NCBI GenBank assembly: GCA_050248855.1
Contig: JBFWRP010000002.1
Location: 160,001-224,000, forward strand
DNA: 64,000 bases
Direction: 5' to 3'
Source of the DNA: Planctomycetota bacterium
Lineage (GTDB): Bacteria; Planctomycetota; PLA2; JAEUHO01
Part shown: in pieces, positions 29,003 through 37,432 of the stretch
Numbering within the stretch: the stretch's first letter is position 1
Layout: every line of letters starts with the position of its first letter
Translations under genes and position numbers: made by a program
The notes under the pieces: generated by a model
Told to the model about the DNA's origin: nothing
What the model saw: the letters and a program-made list of their open reading frames with translations, nothing else
Databases searched by the model: none

Positions 29003-29866
29003 ATGACACGCTGCCTTGCGCTCTCGTTGGCCGCGCTCTGCTTGGGCCTGGCGGGCTGCCGCACACCGCTGCGCGTGGGCACACCCGGCCCCCTCGCGCG
29101 CTCCATGACGGGCGCGTCCTCGGGCGCCGCCTGCTCACCGTGCGACGCCGTCTGGTGCTGCGGAGCGGACCGCGGACGTCGCGTCGGCCCGGCCTGGACC
29201 TTGTCGCTCGAAGCCGGCCCCGTCTGGACGACGCGCAACGATGCGGCCATCCCCGGCGACACCGGGACGCGGTTCGCACTCGACGACATCACCGGCGAGG
29301 GCCCCTTCGCCTGGTCGCGGGCCGCGCTGACGGCCCGCTTCGGGACACGCCACGAGCTGCGCTTCCTGTACGCCCCCCTCGACATCGAGGAGTCGGGCCG
29401 CCTCGATCGGGACGTGAGCTTCCGGGGACGGACCTTCGCCGCCGGCACCGACGTGAAGGCGCGCTTTCGCTTCGACTCGTGGCGTGCGACGTACCGTTAC
29501 CTGCTCGCCTGCGGCCGCGACTGGTCGCTCAAGGTGGGCGGCACGCTGAAGGTCCGCGACGCCGAGATCGCCCTGGAGGATGTCGGGGGCCGGGAGCGCA
29601 AGACCGACCTGGGTCTCGTCCCGCTGCTGCACGTCGCCTACGAGCGTCGCCTGGCACCGCGCTGGCGGTTCCTGGCGGACCTGGACGGCCTCGCGGCCCC
29701 CCAGGGGCGCGCCTTCGACCTGTCGGCGCGCCTTCTGTACGACGTGGACCGTCGGTGGTCCCTGGGCCTGGGCTACCGCACGCTGGAAGGCGGCGCCGAC
29801 AACGACGAGGTCTACACGTTCTCGTGGCTTCACCAGGTCTTCGTGGCTCTGGAAGCGCGGTTCTGA
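29003..29866 (+). CDS. Outer-membrane beta-barrel-like protein with lipobox
   Basis: LAGC lipobox, alternating beta-strand pattern, C-terminal Phe (LEARF). Confidence 0.65.
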   Translation: MTRCLALSLAALCLGLAGCRTPLRVGTPGPLARSMTGASSGAACSPCDAVWCCGADRGRRVGPAWTLSLEAGPVWTTRNDAAIPGDTGTRFALDDITGEGPFAWSRAALTARFGTRHELRFLYAPLDIEESGRLDRDVSFRGRTFAAGTDVKARFRFDSWRATYRYLLACGRDWSLKVGGTLKVRDAEIALEDVGGRERKTDLGLVPLLHVAYERRLAPRWRFLADLDGLAAPQGRAFDLSARLLYDVDRRWSLGLGYRTLEGGADNDEVYTFSWLHQVFVALEARF

Positions 29867-29897
29867 CCCTGCCGAGCGCGGGGGTACGCTCCGCTCC

Positions 29898-31931
29898 ATG
29901 GACGAGGCCGCGCTTGCTTCCACGCTCGAGGGCCTGGCGCTCGCCGACGACGAGCGCGACCGCCTCGCAGCCGGGGCGCGTGGCGTGCTTCCCCCTCCCT
30001 TGCTGGGCGACGCCCGGGGTGCGCGGCTGAGGCTGGCCCTGTCGGCGGCGACCCATCCCACCTGGCTGGGACGCCTGGGGCCGTCGCTGCTCGAGCAGGC
30101 GCAGGCCCTCGGGCCGCTCGGTCCGTTCGAGCGCGGCGTCGAGGCGCACGTCCGCGCGCTCATGGCGTGGCGGCACGAACGCGACCCGCAAGAGGCCCTG
30201 GCCTGGATCGAGGAGGGGCGTGCCGCGCTCGAGGCCGCGGGGACCGACGGCGCGCGCTACATCGGGCGACTGGGGGACACGCTGGGCCAGGTGCTGCTCC
30301 ACCAGGGCCGCTTCCTGCCGGCGCGACGGGCCTTCGAGGAGGCCCTTGCGGCCAAGCGCGCTGCAGGCGATGCCGAAGGCGTCGCGCTCACGCTGGGCAA
30401 TCTCGCGCGCCTGCTGATGGCCGTGGGGGAGTTCCGCCTCGCGCAGGATCTCCTGCGGGAGGACTTGGCGTTCGTGGCGTCGCGTCCCGGCACTCCGGCC
30501 CGCATCGGCTGGCAGCTCGCCACCGAGCTGGCCATGTGCGAGATGGAGACGGGGCAGCTCGAGGCCGCGGCACGGCGCCTGGCCGACGTGCGCGCGGCGG
30601 CGCACGCGGCGGGCGAGCGTGTCGCGGAAGCATTCGCCACGGTCCACGCCGGCCGCCTGGCCTTGCGCCGCGGCACGCCGCTCGTCGCGCGCGAAGCGGC
30701 CACGGCGGTGGCCGACCTCCTGCGCGACGCGCCCGCCGACGCGTGGCCGGAGCTGCGGGGTCTCGCCGCGCATCTGGAGGGACAGGCGCGGGACGCGCTG
30801 GGCGATCGCGAAGGGGCCGGGCGTGCGCTTGCGATCGCGCGGCGCTTCTACGCTGCCGCCTCCCGCGTGACGCCGTTGGAGCAGGCCGAGCTGCTCGAGG
30901 CCATCGCCTGGCATGCGGCCGGCGACGGAGACGCGCGTGCCGCCGGCGAGTGCTTGCGCGAGGCGCTGCATGCGCTGGATGCGACCGGCGCCGAGGCGTT
31001 TCGCACGCGCTTGGACGCACGCCTCAAGGAGACCGACGAAGCCCTCTGGACGTTGCACGCCAGCGGCCGCTTCATGGGCCACGCCGAGCTGGAGCGCTTG
31101 CTCGACGAGGCGGGCCGCGGCGGGTTCCGCGGCCACGAGGCCGAGGTGGCGGTCTTGTTCAGCGACTTGCGCGGCTTCACGGCGCTCACGGAGCGACTCG
31201 ATGCGGAGGCGCTCGTCGCGACCCTCAACGGCTACTTCGAGGACATGACGCGCGCCATCGAGGCCTTCGGGGGGCGCGTGGACAAGTTCATCGGCGATGC
31301 CGTGATGGCGGTGTTTCCCGCCGCTTGCCACCCCGACGGGCACGGCGCCGCCGCGCTGCGCGCCGCGTTGGCCATGCAGGTCGAGCTGGCGCGCATCAAC
31401 CGCCAGCTTCCGCCGGGCGTAGGGCCGCTGCGCGCCCATGCCGGCGTCCACACCGGTCGCGTCGTGGCGGGCTTGGTCGGCTCGCCGCGCAAGCGCTCCT
31501 TCACCGTGCTCGGCGATGTCGTGAACACCGCCTCGCGCCTCGAAGGGATGTGCAAGCAGCTCGAGGCGCCGCTGCTGGCCAGCGGTGCGCTGCTCGCCAC
31601 GTTGCCCGACGCCGAGGCGTGGTCGACGATCCCCCTCGGTCGCTTCCGCCCGAAGGGCCGCGGCGCGTCGGTCGACGTGCATGCCGTGCTCGGTCGTGCC
31701 GTGACGGCCCGCGCGGAGCAGGCGCGGCGCGCGCAGCGGGCCACCGAGGCCTTCGCGCTCCGGGCGGCGGGGAAGGCGGACGCCGCGCGCGCCGCGTTCG
31801 AGGCCCTGGCCGCCGAGCAAGGCGCGGGCCGCGGCGCCTTCGTCCGGTGGGCGGCGGCGCCCGCACTCCGTCCTTCCATGGCTTCGTCGGCCGAAGCCGC
31901 CGTGGACGCCCTGCAGCTCGAGGAGAAATGA
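29898..31931 (+). CDS. Class III adenylate/guanylate cyclase with N-terminal TPR-like domain
   Basis: LFSDLRGFT, DKFIGDAVMA, FTVLGDVVNTASRLEG; N-terminal TPR-like helices (ALTLGNLARL); no TM seen. Confidence 0.9.
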   Translation: MDEAALASTLEGLALADDERDRLAAGARGVLPPPLLGDARGARLRLALSAATHPTWLGRLGPSLLEQAQALGPLGPFERGVEAHVRALMAWRHERDPQEALAWIEEGRAALEAAGTDGARYIGRLGDTLGQVLLHQGRFLPARRAFEEALAAKRAAGDAEGVALTLGNLARLLMAVGEFRLAQDLLREDLAFVASRPGTPARIGWQLATELAMCEMETGQLEAAARRLADVRAAAHAAGERVAEAFATVHAGRLALRRGTPLVAREAATAVADLLRDAPADAWPELRGLAAHLEGQARDALGDREGAGRALAIARRFYAAASRVTPLEQAELLEAIAWHAAGDGDARAAGECLREALHALDATGAEAFRTRLDARLKETDEALWTLHASGRFMGHAELERLLDEAGRGGFRGHEAEVAVLFSDLRGFTALTERLDAEALVATLNGYFEDMTRAIEAFGGRVDKFIGDAVMAVFPAACHPDGHGAAALRAALAMQVELARINRQLPPGVGPLRAHAGVHTGRVVAGLVGSPRKRSFTVLGDVVNTASRLEGMCKQLEAPLLASGALLATLPDAEAWSTIPLGRFRPKGRGASVDVHAVLGRAVTARAEQARRAQRATEAFALRAAGKADAARAAFEALAAEQGAGRGAFVRWAAAPALRPSMASSAEAAVDALQLEEK

Positions 31932-34483
31932 CCGTGCTGGCAACCGATACCCTGGCTCCGCTCGTCGCCCGTGCCTACCGCAAGCTGCTGGAGCATCTGG
32001 GCCTCCAAGCCCCTCCCGGCGGGGATCTGCGTGACGCGCTCAAGGTCTGGTCGCGCGCGAAGGCCGAGCGCGGTGGCAAGGCACTGGCGGCGGCCGTCGG
32101 CCTGTCCGAAGCCGAGCTCGCCCCCTTCGAGGCGGCGGGTCGCGACGTGGAACGCACGCTGGCGCGGCGTGCGGAGAGCGACGCCCCCGCCGACGAGCGC
32201 AACGCGGTGCTGGCCTTGGTCCGCGAGCTGTCGTGGCTGGAGACGATCGAGGGGCAGCTCGGCGTCACGCTCGTCGACGGAGACCTGGGTGCGGCCCTGA
32301 ACGTCGACGTCGGGCACAAGCAGGTACGCGCGCTCGAGCTGATCGTGCGCAGCCTCGTCACGGAGAGCTACGGCAGCCAGGAGGCGCTGCTCGCACGCCT
32401 GCGGGCCGCCATGAACGAGAAAGTCGTAGCGGGCTGGAAGGCCAAGGCCGATCCCGGCGACATCCTCTCGGGGCTCACCTTCAGCGAGCTCGCGAGCCTC
32501 TTCGTCGACAAGGAAGAGTTCGCGCGCTACGAGGGCCTGTACGAGGACACGCCGTTCCTGACGCTGCTGAAGCAGCGTCGGAAGACCATCCAGTCCTTCC
32601 TCGACGACGTGCGCCGCATCCGCAACGTGCTGGCGCACAACAAGCGCGTCACACCGACGCAGCTGACGCTGCTCGACCTCTACTACGAGGAGATCGTCGG
32701 GCCGGTCCAGGCGGCCCACGACCAGGGCGAGACGCGCGTCGACCCGGGGACGTACCTCGACGTGGGTCGCGACGAGCTCGAGCGCTGGGTCGGCGGGCTC
32801 GAAGACGACGTGCAGGCGGTGCGCGAGGACTTGGCCGACCTGCGGGCCGACTTGACGGGCCGGATCGCGGGCGTGCGCGAAGACACGCAAGCGCTCCGCC
32901 GGCAGGCGACGGGGATCGACCGCAAGCTGATCGCGATCGGCGCGGGGGTGCTGGCCGTGCTCGTGGGGCTGTTCTTCGTGCTGAAGGGGGGCGGCGAGAC
33001 GAAGGAGGCCGTCGAGCAAGCGCGCGAGGAGACCGTGCGGACGGGCGAGGCGGCGCGCGATGCCGCGTCCGCGTCGCGCGAGGCCAGCGAGTCGTCGTCG
33101 GCGGCCGAGCAGGCCGCGATGGCCGCGGAGGCGGCGGCTCGCGAGACGGCCGGGCGGGTCGAGGACAGCGCTGCGCGCGTCGAGGACAGCGCTGCGCGCG
33201 TCGAGGAGACGAGCAGTGCGGCGAAGGAGGCCGCCGAAGCGGCCCGGGTTGCCGCGGAAGAAGCTGCCGCGAGCACGGAGAACGTGGCGCGCTCGATCGA
33301 CGACCTCAAGGAAGGCTTCGCCGCGCTGCTGAAGGAGGGCGGCACCATCGTCGACGCCGACCGACCCGAGGCCTGGTACCACAACGCGCGCGTGTACGAG
33401 CAGCGCGGCGATACGTCCAAGGCCATGGAGGCCTACCGCCGCTACTTCGCCACGACGCAGCACGGCTTCGTGGATCCCCATCTGCGCTACCAGGCCGTGC
33501 TCAAGCTGCAGAGCGGGGTGGCCGGTGCCCGCGAGCAGTACCACGCCATGAAGGAGGCGAGCCCGGACTTGATGACGGACTTCGCGTGGCGCCTGCTGCT
33601 GCCGGCCGAGGCGCGCACGGAGCAGCTGAGGGCCTTCGCGGCGGCCCACGCCGACTTCGCGCCCGCTTGGTACGAGATCAGTCGCGACGTGTCCCTCGCC
33701 CGCCTGGGCAAGCAATCGCTGGAGGACAAGCGCCAGGAGAAGGAGGCGCTCGAGCGCTTCCTGGCGCTCGCCGAGGAGGGCGCGTTCCTGGGCCTCTACC
33801 TGGACCAGCAGGTTGCGGCGGCCCAGCTGGAGGACGCCCGGGAGCGCCTCGCCTCGGCACGCGCCGTGGCCGACGACGTGCTCGAGAACCCCGTCACGCT
33901 GAACGCGATGCAGAGCAACGCGGGGTGGGGTCTCACGTTCCTGATCGCGGAGGAGGCTCGCGAGATCCTCTGGCGGCGCAAGGACCAGGGGGAGTTCAAG
34001 AGCACGGGCCACCAGCCCGGTACGCGCAGCGCGTCGGGCTTCCCCATGCCCGTGATGTACGTCCCCCTCTCCGACCCCTCGCCCGGGGTCATCGAAGTCA
34101 GGTACGTGGACGCCAAGGGGCGCGAACGCGGGCCCTACGAGCTGACGTTCGACCCGGACGCCCAGCGCATCGCGCAGGGCAAGTCGGTGCTGGAGATGAC
34201 GGCCAACGCCTGGCTCGCGTTCCGCGACTGGGACGGCAAGCTCCTCGTCTACTTCACGCACCTGGTCTCGTCGCGCGGCGCGATAAGGCACGTGCGGTGG
34301 TCGATCGACAGCGAGAAGCTGGATCGCTCGTACGAGCTGCCTCCGTTCTACCCGGCCAACCCGTACGCCATCCCCAGCGACCACATGCCCTACGTCACGG
34401 TGCCCGAGGGCACCCGGTACGTCGCCGTCCAGCTGACCTACGCCGACGGCACCACCTCGGACGTGAAGACCTTCAAGCGCTGA
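31928..34483 (+). CDS. HEPN-domain protein (STY4199-like) with one TM, coiled-coil stalk and large extracytoplasmic region
   Basis: RALELIVRSL and DVRRIRNVLAH (RxxxxH at 32621-32638); TM at about aa 334-352; ATGA overlap with the cyclase stop. Confidence 0.75.
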   Translation: MTVLATDTLAPLVARAYRKLLEHLGLQAPPGGDLRDALKVWSRAKAERGGKALAAAVGLSEAELAPFEAAGRDVERTLARRAESDAPADERNAVLALVRELSWLETIEGQLGVTLVDGDLGAALNVDVGHKQVRALELIVRSLVTESYGSQEALLARLRAAMNEKVVAGWKAKADPGDILSGLTFSELASLFVDKEEFARYEGLYEDTPFLTLLKQRRKTIQSFLDDVRRIRNVLAHNKRVTPTQLTLLDLYYEEIVGPVQAAHDQGETRVDPGTYLDVGRDELERWVGGLEDDVQAVREDLADLRADLTGRIAGVREDTQALRRQATGIDRKLIAIGAGVLAVLVGLFFVLKGGGETKEAVEQAREETVRTGEAARDAASASREASESSSAAEQAAMAAEAAARETAGRVEDSAARVEDSAARVEETSSAAKEAAEAARVAAEEAAASTENVARSIDDLKEGFAALLKEGGTIVDADRPEAWYHNARVYEQRGDTSKAMEAYRRYFATTQHGFVDPHLRYQAVLKLQSGVAGAREQYHAMKEASPDLMTDFAWRLLLPAEARTEQLRAFAAAHADFAPAWYEISRDVSLARLGKQSLEDKRQEKEALERFLALAEEGAFLGLYLDQQVAAAQLEDARERLASARAVADDVLENPVTLNAMQSNAGWGLTFLIAEEAREILWRRKDQGEFKSTGHQPGTRSASGFPMPVMYVPLSDPSPGVIEVRYVDAKGRERGPYELTFDPDAQRIAQGKSVLEMTANAWLAFRDWDGKLLVYFTHLVSSRGAIRHVRWSIDSEKLDRSYELPPFYPANPYAIPSDHMPYVTVPEGTRYVAVQLTYADGTTSDVKTFKR
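33158..33207 (+). repeat. 21-bp in-frame tandem repeat encoding a VEDSAAR heptad
   Basis: GTCGAGGACAGCGCTGCGCGC twice plus an 8-bp partial copy. Confidence 0.9.
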
Positions 34484-34673
34484 CGCGTTCGCCGCCCGCA
34501 AGGTCCCGCGTGGGCACGGGGCCTTCGGTCCGGTCACCGGGAAGCCGGCGTGAGGTTCCGCTGGACGCGCCCCGAAGGTCCGACGATCTTGCCGGCTTGG
34601 ACCCGGCTCCCTCCCTCCGGCGCCGTCCGACGCACCCCCGCGCCGACAAGCGCTCCCGGGGAGGCGTTCGCGC

Positions 34674-36068
34674 GTGACCGTCCGCTCCCTCCTCGTATTG
34701 GCTCTCGGGGCGACGTCGTTCGTCGGCTGCCACGGGGCGCCGCCGCGCACGCCGGCCCTCCCCGGGCCGGGCCCGGCTCCGGCCACGTTCTCGTCACCGG
34801 GCGAGGCGGCCATGCCGGCGGCGTGGTGGACGGTCTTCGAAGACACCGAGCTCGATGCGTTCATCGCACAGGCGCTCGCCGCCAACCCGGGTCTCGCGGT
34901 GGCGGCCGCACGCTGCCGTCGTGCGCACGCGTTGGCCCGCCTGGAGGGGGCGGCGCGCTACCCGACGCTCGACGCCGTCAGGCGGGGCGGCGCCTCGGTC
35001 GCGCGTCGTCGGTCGGGTAGCGGCTTGGACACCGACGGCTCGATCACCGCGGGTCTCGGGGTCGAAGCCGGCTACGAGCTGGATCTGTGGGGGCGGCTGC
35101 GGAGCGCCCACGATGCAGCACGCTTCGAAGCGCTCGCCACGCGCCACGATCGCGAGGCGGCCCGTGTCGCCGTGGCCGGCTCGATCACGATCGCCTGGGT
35201 GCGACGGGCCGCGGCCACGGAGGAGGCGGCCCTGCTCGAGGAGCAGCGCGGCACGAACGCGGATCTCCTGCAGGTCGTGCAGCAACGCTTCGACGGCGGC
35301 CAGGCCGCCGCGCCCGACGTGTTCCGCCAGCAGCAGCTCGTCGAGCGAACGCGCGCGGAGCTCGCACGGAACGCCGTCGAGCGCGAGCTCCTCGTCCACC
35401 AGCTGAACGTGCTGCGGGGACGGCCTCCCCGCGAGGCGCTGCCCAAGAGCCCGCCGTTGCCACGTCTCGGGCCGCTGCCCGCGACCGGCGTGCCCGCGGA
35501 GGTGCTGGCGCGCCGCCCCGACCTGGCCGCGGCGCGCGCCCGGATGGCCGCGTCCGATCGGGATCTGGCCTCCGCCCTGGCGGACCGTGCCCCGCGCATC
35601 CGCCTCGGGGCCGATGTGGGCCTCGGGGGCGGCGACCTCGAGGACCTCTTCCGCGAGTGGGCCGCGGCGCTCGCGTACGAGCTGGTGGGGCCGCTGGCCG
35701 ATGGGGGAGCGCGCGATGCCGCCGTTGCTGCCGCGTGCGCCTTGCGCGCGGAGCGTGTGGCGGCGTACGCGGACCTGATGCTGTCGGCCGCCCTCGAAGT
35801 CGAAGACGCCCTGCGTGGCGAAGTCCTCGGCGCGGAGGTGCTTGCGCGGCTGGAACGCCAGCACGACTTCGCCCGTCAGACCGTGGAGAGCCTGCTCGGG
35901 CGCTACGGCCAGGGCGCCGCGGACTACTTCGAGATCCTCGGCGCGGTGGAGTCCGAGCAGGCCCTGGCTCGGACGTTGGTGGCCCAGCGCGCGGTGCTCG
36001 TCGAGCGTCGCGTCCAGCTGCTGCGCGCACTCGCCGGCCCGATCACCCCGGGAGACCCAGGTCCGTGA
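34674..36068 (+). CDS. Outer-membrane efflux lipoprotein (TolC/NodT family)
   Basis: Lipobox FVGC, WWTVF, YELDLWGRLR, PAEVLARRPDL. Confidence 0.9.
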   Translation: MTVRSLLVLALGATSFVGCHGAPPRTPALPGPGPAPATFSSPGEAAMPAAWWTVFEDTELDAFIAQALAANPGLAVAAARCRRAHALARLEGAARYPTLDAVRRGGASVARRRSGSGLDTDGSITAGLGVEAGYELDLWGRLRSAHDAARFEALATRHDREAARVAVAGSITIAWVRRAAATEEAALLEEQRGTNADLLQVVQQRFDGGQAAAPDVFRQQQLVERTRAELARNAVERELLVHQLNVLRGRPPREALPKSPPLPRLGPLPATGVPAEVLARRPDLAAARARMAASDRDLASALADRAPRIRLGADVGLGGGDLEDLFREWAAALAYELVGPLADGGARDAAVAAACALRAERVAAYADLMLSAALEVEDALRGEVLGAEVLARLERQHDFARQTVESLLGRYGQGAADYFEILGAVESEQALARTLVAQRAVLVERRVQLLRALAGPITPGDPGP

Positions 36069-37432
36069 GCGAGCCCTCCTCCCTCCCGACCCACCACGGT
36101 GCCTGGTGGCACGTCGGTCGCGTCGCGCGCGTGCTCGTGCTGCACATCGCCCTGCCGGCGGCCGTGCTCTACGGCGGCTGGCGCGGCGCCACGTGGCTGC
36201 TGGAGACCGCGCCCAAGACCGAGCGCAAGCCGCGGGCGCGCACGGCACGGCCCGTGGAAGTGGTCCGCGTGCGCGCGGCTTCCGAAGGCCCGCGCATCCA
36301 GGCGCTCGGCGCGGTCAAGGCGGCGCGCGAGACGATCGTCCGGGCGCGCGTCGCGGGCCCGGTGCTGCATGTCGGCGAGCACTTCGAGGTGGGAGGCTTC
36401 GTCGCGCCCGACGAGCTCCTCGTGCAGATCGACCCGACGGACTTCAAGCTGGCCGAGGACGCCGCGGCCATCGACGTGACGCAGGCCGAGGCGGAGGTGG
36501 CCGGGGCCTCGAGTCTCGTCGCGCAGCGCAAGACCGCGCTCGCGGATGCCCGCGCCAAGCTGCGCCTGGAAGAGGGCCAAGCCGAAGTCGCACGCCGCGA
36601 GCTGGAGATGCTCGGCGACGAGGGCCGCCGCGTGGACCGTGACCTCGTCCTGCGCGTTCCGCAGCGCGCCATGGCGGAGGCGGCGGTCGAGGCCGCGGAG
36701 GCGGGGGTGGCCGCCGCCGAAGCATCCCTCGCGGCGGCCCGCGCGCGCCTGCAAGCGGCGGGTCATCGCGTGCGTACGACGGCGCTGGACACCGAGCGCA
36801 CGGCCGTCGGTGCACCGTTCGCCGCGTGGATCGCAGAACGCCGCGTCGAGAAGGGCGGGTACGTCACACCGACCACCGACATCGCGCGGCTGGTCGGGAC
36901 CGAGGCCTACCACGTGGAGGTCCTCGTCCCCGCGTCCGACGTGCGGTGGCTCGATCTGCCGGCGCCGGGCACGGAGGGGCGCGCCGAGATCGAGCTGCGC
37001 GACGAGGCCGCCTGGGGGCCGCAGGGCGTGCGCCACGGACGCCTGCTGCGGCAGCTGGGCGAGCTCGAGAGCACGGGCCGCATGGCACGCCTCCTGGTCG
37101 AGGTGGAGGATCCGCTCCAGCTCGAGCCCGAAGCGGGTACCGGTCGGCCGCTCGTGCTCGGCAGCGTGCTGCGCGTCACCCTCCCCGGGCGCGCGCTCCC
37201 TTCGGCCGTCAAGCTGGACCGCGGCCTGCTGCGCCACGGTGACGTGGTGTGGATCGCCGCGCCCGACGACACGCTCGAGATCCGGGGCGTGGACGTCGCG
37301 TGGCGCGGGACCGACGACGTGTTCGTCCGGGGCGGGCTGCAGCCCGGTGACCGCGTGGTCAAGACGGACCTCGGCACGCCGGTCTCCGGGATGGCGCTCG
37401 AGCCCCGGGAACCTGGCGAGGAGGCCCGGTGA
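36065..37432 (+). CDS. RND efflux membrane fusion protein
   Basis: N-terminal TM, lipoyl halves (RVAGPV, APFAAWI), coiled-coil hairpin, GLQPGDRVV. Confidence 0.88.
   Translation: MSEPSSLPTHHGAWWHVGRVARVLVLHIALPAAVLYGGWRGATWLLETAPKTERKPRARTARPVEVVRVRAASEGPRIQALGAVKAARETIVRARVAGPVLHVGEHFEVGGFVAPDELLVQIDPTDFKLAEDAAAIDVTQAEAEVAGASSLVAQRKTALADARAKLRLEEGQAEVARRELEMLGDEGRRVDRDLVLRVPQRAMAEAAVEAAEAGVAAAEASLAAARARLQAAGHRVRTTALDTERTAVGAPFAAWIAERRVEKGGYVTPTTDIARLVGTEAYHVEVLVPASDVRWLDLPAPGTEGRAEIELRDEAAWGPQGVRHGRLLRQLGELESTGRMARLLVEVEDPLQLEPEAGTGRPLVLGSVLRVTLPGRALPSAVKLDRGLLRHGDVVWIAAPDDTLEIRGVDVAWRGTDDVFVRGGLQPGDRVVKTDLGTPVSGMALEPREPGEEAR

Noticed and set aside
30167..31927. N-terminal extension making the HEPN protein 1438 aa, or a cyclase-HEPN fusion
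   Set aside because: It is Arg/Gly-rich off-frame translation over the cyclase. An RBS and ATG at 31928 and the cyclase stop at 31931 indicate two genes.
29898..34483. Calling the pair Pycsar or CBASS
   Set aside because: The cyclase has adenylate-type specificity residues, there is no CD-NTase, and no cNMP-binding or SAVED domain is visible.
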